Origin: an uncultured Verrucomicrobia subdivision 3 bacterium
Lineage (GTDB): Bacteria; Verrucomicrobiota; Verrucomicrobiia; Limisphaerales; UBA11358
DNA: 64,000 nt
NCBI GenBank assembly: GCA_903835255.1
Contig: CAILMI010000056.1
Location: 1,298-65,297 of the forward strand
Direction of reading: 5' to 3'
Below the pieces are notes generated by a model that was given only the letters and a program-made list of their open reading frames with translations, was not told where the DNA came from and did not search any database. Positions 16,681 to 25,682 of this stretch are shown one piece after another (the first letter of the stretch is position 1; each line of letters opens with the position of its first letter). Position numbers and translations under genes: made by a program.

Positions 16681-17130
16681 ATGGCGAACGGCCTTTCCAT
16701 CGCTCAACCGATGGGAGATAGTGGGGACGAAACCAAAACTATGCTGAAGGTCAAGGACACGCTCCGGTCGACGGTGCATCTGGGTTTTGACGGCCGGGTG
16801 TTCAAGGCTTATCACGGCCCGGATGCGGCGGCCCGTTTCGATAACGAGGTGTGCGTGCTGCGCCATCTCGAATTGCGCGGCTGCCCCTTTGTGCCGCGCC
16901 TGCTGGAGGCCGACCGGTTGCAGCTCAAGATCATCACCACCAACTGCGGCTGCCGGGTGGAACACCTGGATGACCAGCGCGCCCGGGAACTGTTCTCCGA
17001 GCTGGAACACTACGGCGTGCGCCATGACGACGCGGATCCGCGCAATGTGACCTACCGCTCCTCCGACGGCCGCTTTTGTTTGATTGATTTCGAATTCGCC
17101 ACCATCCTGCCCCCGACCCAATCGACATGA
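16681..17130 (+). CDS. Minimal protein-kinase-like protein (RIO/Kdo-kinase-like core, ~130-150 aa)
   Basis: Candidate kinase elements are GRVFKAY (beta3 Lys), FDNEVCVLRHL (alphaC Glu), VRHDDADPRNV (HxDxxxxN catalytic loop) and LIDFEFA (DFG-equivalent). The protein ends about 10 aa after this, so no C-lobe is present. Alternative starts are 16711 and 16741. Its stop overlaps the PP2C start (ATGA at 17127). Confidence 0.6.
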   Translation: MANGLSIAQPMGDSGDETKTMLKVKDTLRSTVHLGFDGRVFKAYHGPDAAARFDNEVCVLRHLELRGCPFVPRLLEADRLQLKIITTNCGCRVEHLDDQRARELFSELEHYGVRHDDADPRNVTYRSSDGRFCLIDFEFATILPPTQST

Positions 17131-17975
17131 ACGCCACACCGCTCCCCACTTCCCCCCGACCCTTTTCGCTGCAATGGTCCGGCTGCTCGGACATTGGCCG
17201 GGTGCGGAAAAACAACGAGGATTCGTTTCTGGGACTGCAATTCGACGCCCGGGAAATTTTCCGGCTGGGGAAATTCGGCGCCGGCTCACTGGAAAAAAAC
17301 AACTACACCTTCGCCGTGTGCGACGGGATGGGCGGCGCGAAGGCGGGCGAATACGCCAGCCAGATTGCCGCGGAGAAAATCACAACCCTGCTCCCGCCCG
17401 CGTATCAAGGGGTCGCACCCGCGATGAGCGCGGGTTATTCCGGCGTGCTGTCGGAATTGTTCACCCAAGTCCACCGGGCCCTGGTTTATCTCGGCGGTTC
17501 CTACGAGGAATGCGCCGGGATGCAGACCACGCTGAGCCTGTGCTGGTTCACACCGGGCTGGATGTACTTTGGCCACATCGGGGACAGCCGCATCTATCAT
17601 CTGCCGCAGCGCGAAAAGGAAATCCGGATGCTCACCCAGGACGACACGCATGTGGGCTGGCTGTTCCGGAACGGGCAGATCAACGAACGCGAGGCGCGCA
17701 CCCATCCGCGGCGCAACGTGCTGCAAAAGGCGCTGGGCGGCGGCAACCAGTTTGTGGATCCCCAGTCGGGCGCCGTGGCTTATGAAAAAGGCGATGTTTT
17801 CCTGCTGTGCTCCGACGGGTTGACCGAGGGCCTTTACAACCCGCGCCTGGTCGAACTGCTGCGCGAAAAACCCTCCGCTGGAACTGCGGACAACCCGGCA
17901 TTGCGGCTGGTCGAAGAGTCGCTGAAAAACGACGGCCGGGACAACACCACGGCACTGGTCATCCAAGTGATCTGA
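17127..17975 (+). CDS. PP2C-family Ser/Thr protein phosphatase
   Basis: SDIGRVRKNNEDSF, FAVCDGMGGAKAGEYAS, LLCSDGLTEGL and DNTTALVIQV are the PPM motifs. Confidence 0.9.
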   Translation: MNATPLPTSPRPFSLQWSGCSDIGRVRKNNEDSFLGLQFDAREIFRLGKFGAGSLEKNNYTFAVCDGMGGAKAGEYASQIAAEKITTLLPPAYQGVAPAMSAGYSGVLSELFTQVHRALVYLGGSYEECAGMQTTLSLCWFTPGWMYFGHIGDSRIYHLPQREKEIRMLTQDDTHVGWLFRNGQINEREARTHPRRNVLQKALGGGNQFVDPQSGAVAYEKGDVFLLCSDGLTEGLYNPRLVELLREKPSAGTADNPALRLVEESLKNDGRDNTTALVIQVI

Positions 17976-17994
17976 CCCTCTCGGGCGATGTCCG

Positions 17995-18015
17995 CGGCAA
18001 GTGTCTCCCTTGCCG
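17995..18015 (+). terminator. Hairpin between the convergent PP2C and glgB genes (weak terminator candidate)
   Basis: CGGCAAG-tgtctcc-CTTGCCG is a 7-bp stem. It is followed by tctgaaacaatttt, so the T-tract is poor. Confidence 0.3.
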
Positions 18016-18116
18016 TCTGAAACAATTTTGGAATCTGGGGCGCCAACAAAACGCCGGACACAACAGAGAGAGAATCTTGGGTTTTCGGCGCAATGAGCAG
18101 GCGGTGACACCGTCTT

Positions 18117-20312
18117 TTAGTCTGCCTGAAATACGGCCACACTCAACGGCGGCAGGCAGAAGGCCGCAGAGTGGGGCTGGCCGTGGCACGCATGGTTTTC
18201 CGCCGTGACCCCGCCGTAATTGCCCTGATTGCTTCCCCCGTAAATCCCCGCATCACTGTTCAACACCTCGCGCCAGCGGCCGCCCCGCGGCAGACCCATC
18301 CGATAATCCGGACGCGGCACGGGCGTCAGGTTTAAAACCACCACCAGCGCGTTGGAGCCGTCCGGGGTCTGTCGCAGGAAGGACAGCACGCTGTTCTCCC
18401 GGTCGTTGCAATCGATCCAGCGGAAGCCTGCAGCATCGTAGTCCGCCTGCCAGAGGCCGGGCGAGGCGGCATACAGCCGGTTCAGATCGGCGACAAAGCT
18501 TTGCAGGCCTCGGTGGAACGGGCCGGACTCGAGCAGCCACCAGTCGAGCTGCGCGTTTTCATTCCACTCGGCGCTCTGGCCGAATTCACCGCCCATGAAC
18601 AGAAGTTTTTTTCCGGGGAACATCCACTGATAGGCGAGCAGGCACCGGAGGTTGGCGAATTTCTGCCAGTCATCGCCGGGCATCCGCCCGATCAGCGACC
18701 CCTTGCCGTGAACCACCTCGTCGTGCGAAAGCGGCAGCACGAAATTTTCATTGTGATGATACAGCATCGCGAAGGTGAGGTCGTTCTGATGATATTTCCG
18801 GTGCACCGGTTCGCGCTTAAAATAGCCGAGCGTGTCGTGCATCCAGCCCATGTTCCACTTGAAGGAGAAACCCAGCCCCCCCAGATAGGGCGGCCGCGTC
18901 ACCTGCGGCCACGCGGTGGACTCCTCCGCGATGGTCATCACGCCCGGGAATTCCGTGTGCGTGATATGATTGAACTTTTTCAGGAATTCGATGGCCTCCA
19001 GATTCTCCCGGCCGCCGAATTGATTCGGCACCCACTCGCCTTCCTTGCGGGAATAGTCGAGATATAGCATCGACGCCACCGCATCCACGCGAAGCCCGTC
19101 GATGTGGAAGCGCTCGCACCAATACAGGGCGTTGGCGACCAGAAAATTGGAAACTTCGTGGCGGCCGAAATTGAAGATCAGCGTCCCCCAGTCCTGATGC
19201 GCCCCCTTGCGCGGATCCTCATGCTCAAAAAGCGCGGTGCCGTCAAACTGCGCCAGCGCCCAGGTGTCGCGCGGGAAATGCGCCGGCACCCAGTCCACAA
19301 TCACCCCGATGCCCGCCTCATGCAGGGCATTGACCAGGAACTGGAAATCCTCCGGCGTGCCGAAGCGGCTGGTGGGCGCAAAGAAACCGGTGACCTGATA
19401 GCCCCAGGAAGGATAGAAGGCATGCTCCGCCACCGGCAGGAATTCGACGTGCGTGAAGCCCAGGCGCTGGAGATAGGCCACGAGCGGTTCGGCCAGTTCG
19501 CGATAACTCCAGGATTCATTCGCGGATTTTTTGCGCCAGGAGCCGATGTGCACCTCATAGACGCTCATCGGGGAACGCAACGCGTCGCGCTCGCGGCGGC
19601 GCTGGAGCCAGGCGTCATCCGTCCACTTGAATTGTTTAGTGTCCCAGACGATCGCCGCCTGCTTGGGCGCCACCTCGAAGAAAAAACCGAATGGGTCTGT
19701 ATTCAGCTTGAGGGTGCCGTGCGCGTCGAGAATCTCAAATTTGTAATGGGCCCCCTGCCCCACGCCGGGCAAAAAGATTTCCCAGACGCCGGAAGCCCCA
19801 AGCAATCGCATCGGATGACAGCGCCCATCCCAACCATTGAAATCGCCCACCACACTGACCCGCTGGGCGTTGGGGGCCCAGACGGCAAAGCTCGTACCGG
19901 CGACACCGTCGATGATGCGACACTGAGCTCCCAGCTTGTCGTGGATCCGGCGCTCATCGCCTTTGCCGAACAAATACAGGTCCGACTCCCCCAGCGTGGG
20001 CAGAAAGGAATAGGCGTCCCGGATACATCGGGTTTGGTTCTGATGATCGGTGATGACCAGGTCGTAGGCGTAAACCTTCTTGGCCGAACGGGTGACCCCC
20101 TCAAAAAGATCCGTGCCAGGAATGCGTTCCAACACGAAAACGGGCTTTTGCTTCTCGTGCACCGGCCGGATTTCCACCCGGGCGGCGTCCGGCAGCAGGG
20201 CGCGAACAACAATGCCGGCCGAATCGCCCAGCGGATGCATCCCGAGCAGCGTATGGGGCGACGGATGTTTCAGTTCCGTCAGACTCCTGAGTTCGTCTTG
20301 GGTGAGCAGCAT
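18117..20312 (-). CDS. glgB: 1,4-alpha-glucan branching enzyme
   Basis: GH13 motifs are present: GIGVIVDWVPAHF, HIDGLRVDAVASMLY, VMTIAEESTAWP and FVLPLSHDEVVHGK. I chose the start at MLLTQDELRSL (20312) rather than the track's 20381. Confidence 0.9.
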   Translation of the reverse strand: MLLTQDELRSLTELKHPSPHTLLGMHPLGDSAGIVVRALLPDAARVEIRPVHEKQKPVFVLERIPGTDLFEGVTRSAKKVYAYDLVITDHQNQTRCIRDAYSFLPTLGESDLYLFGKGDERRIHDKLGAQCRIIDGVAGTSFAVWAPNAQRVSVVGDFNGWDGRCHPMRLLGASGVWEIFLPGVGQGAHYKFEILDAHGTLKLNTDPFGFFFEVAPKQAAIVWDTKQFKWTDDAWLQRRRERDALRSPMSVYEVHIGSWRKKSANESWSYRELAEPLVAYLQRLGFTHVEFLPVAEHAFYPSWGYQVTGFFAPTSRFGTPEDFQFLVNALHEAGIGVIVDWVPAHFPRDTWALAQFDGTALFEHEDPRKGAHQDWGTLIFNFGRHEVSNFLVANALYWCERFHIDGLRVDAVASMLYLDYSRKEGEWVPNQFGGRENLEAIEFLKKFNHITHTEFPGVMTIAEESTAWPQVTRPPYLGGLGFSFKWNMGWMHDTLGYFKREPVHRKYHQNDLTFAMLYHHNENFVLPLSHDEVVHGKGSLIGRMPGDDWQKFANLRCLLAYQWMFPGKKLLFMGGEFGQSAEWNENAQLDWWLLESGPFHRGLQSFVADLNRLYAASPGLWQADYDAAGFRWIDCNDRENSVLSFLRQTPDGSNALVVVLNLTPVPRPDYRMGLPRGGRWREVLNSDAGIYGGSNQGNYGGVTAENHACHGQPHSAAFCLPPLSVAVFQAD

Positions 20313-20468
20313 GACATTAATCCTTGGGCCGGAGTCTTTTCCTCCTGACGGGTTAATGCAATGCCAAACCGAATAATACAAGCTATTTCCGGGCAGATGG
20401 CATCATCCGCTGCAATGCCTAACACGCCCTGCGTTGACAATGCGCGCGCCCTGCGACAATCTGCCGGG

Positions 20469-21407
20469 ATGGCAAAACCTGCATTGGGACGTGGTCTGGG
20501 CGCATTAATGAGCGGCATGAGCGGCAATCCGGTCATCCCCCGTCCGGCGAGCAGCGCCCCGGCCCCGAGCCCGATTGCTCCAGCGTCCGCCTCCGACTCG
20601 CGCGACCGCGTGTTGCGCGTGCCTCTCAATAAAATCCGCCCATCCGCGCTCCAGCCGCGCAAGGAATTTTCCGACGAGGCTCTGCGGGAACTGGCCGACT
20701 CCATCCGGGAACAGGGCGTGGTGCAGCCCCTGATCGTGCGCGAACGCGACGGATTTTTTGAGCTGATCGCGGGCGAACGCCGCTGGCGCGCCTCCCAGCT
20801 GGTTCCCCTAACCGAAGTGCCGGTTGTCGTGCGCGAGGCCGACGATCGCGCGGTGCTGGAGCTGGCCCTCATCGAGAATCTGCAGCGCGAGAACCTCAAT
20901 GCGCTGGAAGAAGCGCAGGGCTACCAGCAGCTCGCCGACCAATTCCGCCTCACCCAGGAGGAGATTGCCGTCAAGGTCGGTAAAAGCCGCGCGGCAGTCG
21001 CAAATGCCACCCGCCTGCTGAAGCTGCCGGCGACCATTCAAAAGCTGGTGCGCGAGGCGCGGATTTCAGTCGGCCATGCCAAGGTGATTCTGGGTCTGGC
21101 GGGTGAAAAAGACCAGATCCATGCCGCAGAACGCATCGTCAAAGAAGGATTGAACGTCCGGCAGACCGAGGGGCTGATCGCTAAATGGCAGTCCCGGGAT
21201 ACGCGCACGACCCCCGTCCAGCCCGAGGCGGTGGCCCGTCCGGGCGGCGACCCGCACGTGGCGGATCTGGAGGCGCGCCTGCGCGGGGTCTTTGCGACCA
21301 AGGTGAAACTGCATTACGCCCAGGGCAAGGGCGCGGTGGAAATTGCGTTTTACAGCGATGCCGAACTGGAACGCATCCTGCAGTTGCTGGGGGTCAAGCC
21401 GGAGTAA
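20469..21407 (+). CDS. parB: Chromosome partitioning protein ParB/Spo0J
   Basis: MAKPALGRGLGALMSG..., IRPSALQPRKEFSDEALRELADSIREQGVVQPLIVRE and FELIAGERRWRASQL, followed by an HTH. No parA is adjacent in this window. Confidence 0.85.
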   Translation: MAKPALGRGLGALMSGMSGNPVIPRPASSAPAPSPIAPASASDSRDRVLRVPLNKIRPSALQPRKEFSDEALRELADSIREQGVVQPLIVRERDGFFELIAGERRWRASQLVPLTEVPVVVREADDRAVLELALIENLQRENLNALEEAQGYQQLADQFRLTQEEIAVKVGKSRAAVANATRLLKLPATIQKLVREARISVGHAKVILGLAGEKDQIHAAERIVKEGLNVRQTEGLIAKWQSRDTRTTPVQPEAVARPGGDPHVADLEARLRGVFATKVKLHYAQGKGAVEIAFYSDAELERILQLLGVKPE

Positions 21408-21468
21408 TCGACGGTCCGCATTTTCTGAATCGATTTCTGGAGACCCTCACCCGACCCAGCCCACTCAA

Positions 21469-22038
21469 ATGATTTTACCCATCGTCAAATACGGCCATCC
21501 GGTCCTCCGCAAAAAAGGGGAACGGATTGAGCAGGTCACACCGGAAATCCGGCAGCTCATCGAGGACATGCTGGAGACCATGGAAGCCAACCAGGGCGTG
21601 GGTCTCGCGGCGCAGCAAATTGGGCAGGCGATCCAGCTGACGGTGATTGATGTGGAGGACATGGAACACCATCCCTCCACGATCGAACACCAGGGAAAAC
21701 CCGCCGAGGTGGCTGACTTCATGCCGCTGGTGCTGATCAATCCCGAAGTGACGCCCGCGGGCGCTCCGGTGGAATCCAGCGAGGGGTGCCTCAGCTTTCC
21801 GGGCATTTACGCGGAAATCCACCGGCCGGAATCCGTGAACGTCCGGGCGCTGAACGAAAAGGGCAAGGTGATTGAATTTCGCTGCGGGGGGCTGCTAGCG
21901 CGCGCGGTGCAACATGAGACGGATCATCTGAACGGTATCCTGTTCATCGACCGGATGGAGCGGACCAGCAAAGAGGAATACCGCGACGAACTGGACACAC
22001 TCCAGGCGGCCACCAAGTCGGCGCTCAAGAAGAAATAA
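21469..22038 (+). CDS. def: Peptide deformylase
   Basis: MILPIVKYGHPVLRKK, GVGLAAQQIG, EGCLSFPG and QHETDHLNG. The start at 21469 was chosen by homology pattern. Confidence 0.9.
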   Translation: MILPIVKYGHPVLRKKGERIEQVTPEIRQLIEDMLETMEANQGVGLAAQQIGQAIQLTVIDVEDMEHHPSTIEHQGKPAEVADFMPLVLINPEVTPAGAPVESSEGCLSFPGIYAEIHRPESVNVRALNEKGKVIEFRCGGLLARAVQHETDHLNGILFIDRMERTSKEEYRDELDTLQAATKSALKKK

Positions 22039-22098
22039 TCGGGGAATGCCCGCTGCGGACCCGCTCCCCGCGTTTGAAGGAGTTTGAAAAATGCCGTC

Positions 22099-22131
22099 AA
22101 AAAAAAGGCCTCCCGCTCACTACGGGGGGCC
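22099..22131 (-). terminator. Rho-independent terminator for the 22142..22858 gene
   Basis: The minus strand reads GGCCCCCCG-tagtgag-CGGGAGGCC followed by TTTTTTTT, immediately after the stop codon. Confidence 0.6.
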
Positions 22132-22141
22132 GGAAGGGACC

Positions 22142-22858
22142 CTATTTTGAGGCTGGCGTCAAGGGAGCGGGGAGCGTCCTGAGGGCATAAAACAATGCGA
22201 GCGCCTGGAGGAAGAGGATGGACCCGATCATTTGCATGAACTCGGAAAAATTCGTCAAAAACAAATAGGGCACATTGGCGTTCCCCCAATAGATCGCGCA
22301 TTTATGGGCAATCTCCTCAACGAAAGCTGCGCCGCCGACATACACGATTCCGGCGATGGCAAACCGAGCCCGCACCTGCGAAGGCAGCTTCCACCAGAAC
22401 TTCACGTAGGCCAGGCAAAAGCACGCCGCAAAAAACAGGTAGGGAACCACCCACAATAATTTTGAGTTCGGGGTATTATTCTCGTCCAGGTGCAAAAACT
22501 GGGCCACGCAGAGCGACACGGTTTTCTGGTGGATCTGCACTTCCTCGTCCACTGCCAGCGCCAAAAAAATCCAACCCAACATCCGCCAGTGCTTCAAGAA
22601 ATTGCCTTGAACTGCGGCCTGCGCCCGCGCATTTAAAAAAATCGCAACGCTGCAAAAAACCAGCAGCAGCGATTTGAAGACATGAGGCAGATTGTTTTTT
22701 TCGTCGAAATCAAAGTTATGAGCGATAAACCACCAGTCGTCCCCGGCGCCGAACAGGCACCAAAAACTCACCGCCAAACTGGCCGCCAGAAAACCAAACG
22801 AGGTGAAGTAAAGCACCCTGAAAAATTTAGGGAGAGGCAAATCGAACTCGATTTTCAT
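22142..22858 (-). CDS. Hypothetical integral membrane protein
   Basis: From MKIEFDLPLPKFF..., about 6-7 hydrophobic helices. The gene is A/T-richer than its surroundings. No family recognised. Confidence 0.55.
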   Translation of the reverse strand: MKIEFDLPLPKFFRVLYFTSFGFLAASLAVSFWCLFGAGDDWWFIAHNFDFDEKNNLPHVFKSLLLVFCSVAIFLNARAQAAVQGNFLKHWRMLGWIFLALAVDEEVQIHQKTVSLCVAQFLHLDENNTPNSKLLWVVPYLFFAACFCLAYVKFWWKLPSQVRARFAIAGIVYVGGAAFVEEIAHKCAIYWGNANVPYLFLTNFSEFMQMIGSILFLQALALFYALRTLPAPLTPASK

Positions 22859-22935
22859 TCGGAAAATTTTAGCCGATCCCCCTCGGCAAGCAATCAAAAG
22901 CTGGCTTTTTCCAGCGGCTGCCGTAATTTCGGCGC

Positions 22936-24693
22936 ATGATGCCAGTCTTGAAATCCCCGCGCAGCCTCTGGTGGCTGGCGCTGGCATCCCTTGGCCTTTA
23001 CCAGCTGCTGCCGGGCATTGCCGCGGGGCTTTCACAGGCGGAGCCCAGCTTCGCCAGCGAAATCTTCCCCTGGGTCAAAAGCTTTTCCAGCGCCTCCCTC
23101 CTGTCCCTGCACGACTCCGGGTCGCACATCCGCGCTTCCATCGGCTTTCTGACCCTCTGCCTGGCGCTCTTCGCCGTCTATTTCTTCGCGCTCAAGCAGG
23201 CGCGCCATCATAACGACCTCCGCTCGCAAAACATTATTTTCGTCAGCGGAGCCTCGTTTTTGCTGGTTCAACTGCTTGCCCCAGTGCTGTTATCCACCGA
23301 TGTATTTGCTTATGCGCTCTATGGGCGGGTGGTTTCAGTCTGCTATGGAAACCCCTACGATCTGGCCCCCCTCCTTCCGGCGGGCGATCCCTTTCTGAGG
23401 CTGTTTGGCCAGGACTATCTCCCCTCGTGGTACGGGCCTCTCTGGACTTGGATTTCAGCAGGCCTCACCCGGCTGGGCGGCGAGCACGTGGGCCTCACCG
23501 TGCTGCTGTTCCGCCTCACCGCCATCGCGTCAGCGCTCCTCTGCGGCCGGCTGCTGCTGCTCAGCCTTCGCCGCCATGCGCCCGACCGCGCCGCGCAGGG
23601 GCTGGTGTTCCTGCTATGGAATCCACTCTTCGTTATAGAGACCGGCATCAGCGGACACAATGACTCGGTGATGCTGGTTTTTGTTTTAGTTGCTGTGTGG
23701 TGCCACCTGCGCGGCTGGAAAACCGGTGCGGTGACGGCCCTCCTGCTGTCCGCGCTGGTGAAGTTTCTTACCGGAATGCTCATCCCGCTCTACATCGCAC
23801 TGGTGCTGCGTGAAGCCAAAACCGGGCGGGAACGGATCGTGTTCCTATGCCGCTGCGCCCTTGCAGCAGGTCTGGTCGCTTTGGGCGGGATGACCCTGGC
23901 GAAATCTAATTCCAGCTCCCCGGTAAGCCAGCAGGCCATCGCCCCGGATTTTTACGCGAACAACTTCCACGAGCTCATCTTCAAAGCGGTCCGCCGCGGA
24001 CTGGGGGAAGATCCCGACTCGGTGCGCTCGCCGATCTATTTCCAGGGATGGTGGCTGGAGGCGAAGTCGAAAACGTTTCTTTACCGGCAGCCGGAGGGTA
24101 GCGCTGAAACCGTCGCACCGATCAAGCCCGGGGATCGGGTGGTGGTGATGGCGCCTCAGCAGAGTGAGCGCTGGATTCGCGTCTATGATCCTGACTCGCG
24201 GGGGCGGGGCTTTGTGGATGCCGCCGACTTCATCGATGCGGCGCGGCCAGCCAGTCCGGATGCGCTGGGCGTGCTGTTTGAGACCCTCACGCAAGAGCGG
24301 CCGACCGTGCAGACAGCCAATACCCTGCTCCGGGCCCTGCTGTGGTTTTTATTTGCCCTGTTCGGACTGCTGTGCGCCTGGCGGACAAATTCGTTCGAGC
24401 AATTTTTGGTCTGGGCGGCGGCGGCGTTGCTGGCCTCCTACTTCTTGATCGTCACGGAAATCTGGCCGTGGTACGCGAACTGGGCGGTGGCCCTCGGCGC
24501 TCTATCCGTCCATCGCCAACCGGCACGACTGGCAGCGATCCTGTCGGCCTGCGTGCTGACGCTTTACGTCACCATCGGCTTTCAGGGAAGCGAACCGGAC
24601 TGGGTTTTCGCGCTGCGGTCCCTGCCAGCATTTGTATTGCCGCTGACGCTATTCGCCGCGCTTTATTATCGCCGCACCTCTTCGCGCTCATGA
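22936..24693 (+). CDS. GT-C-type membrane glycosyltransferase (DUF2029/GT87-like) with an inserted SH3-like loop domain
   Basis: It has 12 or more TM segments. LLSTDVFAYALYGRVVSVCYGNPY resembles the DUF2029/MptB-PimE motif (S-x-DV-x-x-Y...G...NPY). A loop segment, PIKPGDRVVVMAPQQSERWIRVYDPDSRGRGFVDAADF, looks SH3b-like. Confidence 0.55.
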   Translation: MMPVLKSPRSLWWLALASLGLYQLLPGIAAGLSQAEPSFASEIFPWVKSFSSASLLSLHDSGSHIRASIGFLTLCLALFAVYFFALKQARHHNDLRSQNIIFVSGASFLLVQLLAPVLLSTDVFAYALYGRVVSVCYGNPYDLAPLLPAGDPFLRLFGQDYLPSWYGPLWTWISAGLTRLGGEHVGLTVLLFRLTAIASALLCGRLLLLSLRRHAPDRAAQGLVFLLWNPLFVIETGISGHNDSVMLVFVLVAVWCHLRGWKTGAVTALLLSALVKFLTGMLIPLYIALVLREAKTGRERIVFLCRCALAAGLVALGGMTLAKSNSSSPVSQQAIAPDFYANNFHELIFKAVRRGLGEDPDSVRSPIYFQGWWLEAKSKTFLYRQPEGSAETVAPIKPGDRVVVMAPQQSERWIRVYDPDSRGRGFVDAADFIDAARPASPDALGVLFETLTQERPTVQTANTLLRALLWFLFALFGLLCAWRTNSFEQFLVWAAAALLASYFLIVTEIWPWYANWAVALGALSVHRQPARLAAILSACVLTLYVTIGFQGSEPDWVFALRSLPAFVLPLTLFAALYYRRTSSRS

Positions 24694-25682
24694 ATCCGGC
24701 TGATTTTTTCAAAAACAAGCGCGTCCTGATCACGGGAGGGCTGGGCTTTATCGGCTCAAACCTTGCCCGGACTCTGGTGGGCGCGGGGGCGGACGTGCTC
24801 CTGCTGGATAACCTTTTTCCAGAGTACGGCGGCAACCGTTTCAATCTGAACGGTATTGAGGAACGGCTGCGGGTGAGCATCTCCGACGTGCGTGACGAGG
24901 CTACGTTGAAAGGATGCGTGCGCGACCAGGATTACATTTTCAACCTGGCCGGCCAGACCAGCCATCTGGATTCGATGGAAAACCCGCGCACGGATCTTGA
25001 AATCAATTGCGCCGCGCAGCTGTCCATCTTGGAAGCCTGCCGCACTAATAATCCCGGGGTGAAGATCGTTTTTGCTAGCACGCGGCAGATTTACGGGCGC
25101 CCCCAGTATCTGCCCGTGGATGAGCAGCACCCGCTCAGCCCGGTGGATGTGAACGGCATCAACAAAATGGCCGGGGAATTTTATCACCGGCTCTACAACG
25201 ACGTGTACGGCCTGCGGACCTGCGTCCTCCGGCTCACTAACACCATTGGCCCGCGCATGCGAATCCGCGATGCGCGCCAGACATTTGTGGGCGTCTGGGT
25301 GCGGCAATTGCTGGAAGGCGCGCCCATCGAAGTCTGGGGCGGAAATCAGTTGCGGGACTTCAATTATGTGGACGATGTCGTGGAAGCGCTGCTGAGGGCG
25401 GCGGCGAGCGAAGCCGGCAACGGGGGCGTCTTCAACTTGGGCAGCAGCGAGGTGGTCAGCCTCAAGCAGCTGGCCGAGCAGCTGGTCGCAGCCCATGGCG
25501 GCGGCCGCTATGTCGTGAAGGAATTCCCGGAGGATCGGCGGAAAATTGACATCGGCGACTACTACTCGGATTTTAAAAAATTTCAGGAGGCCTTTCACTG
25601 GACTCCTCGCACGCCGTTGCAGACGGCGCTCGCAGACACCCTGTCCTTTTACAAAGAACATTCAAGGCACTATCTCAGATGA
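24690..25682 (+). CDS. NAD-dependent sugar epimerase/dehydratase (extended SDR), atypical active site
   Basis: VLITGGLGFIGSNLARTL is the Rossmann motif. The start ATG overlaps the upstream stop (ATGA). The position expected for YxxxK reads N-G-I-N-K. Confidence 0.8.
   Translation: MNPADFFKNKRVLITGGLGFIGSNLARTLVGAGADVLLLDNLFPEYGGNRFNLNGIEERLRVSISDVRDEATLKGCVRDQDYIFNLAGQTSHLDSMENPRTDLEINCAAQLSILEACRTNNPGVKIVFASTRQIYGRPQYLPVDEQHPLSPVDVNGINKMAGEFYHRLYNDVYGLRTCVLRLTNTIGPRMRIRDARQTFVGVWVRQLLEGAPIEVWGGNQLRDFNYVDDVVEALLRAAASEAGNGGVFNLGSSEVVSLKQLAEQLVAAHGGGRYVVKEFPEDRRKIDIGDYYSDFKKFQEAFHWTPRTPLQTALADTLSFYKEHSRHYLR

Noticed and set aside
16534-18110. Minus-strand ORFs 16534..17289 and 17286..18110 opposite the kinase-like and PP2C genes
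   Set aside because: The PP2C motifs on the plus strand are definitive. The minus-strand products have shadow-like composition.
19104-20348. 414-aa plus-strand ORF opposite glgB
   Set aside because: This is an antisense shadow of the branching enzyme.
20313-21500. parS site near parB
   Set aside because: I found no close match to TGTTTCACGTGAAACA in or around parB. Nearby 'ttcacg' occurrences do not extend to the palindrome.
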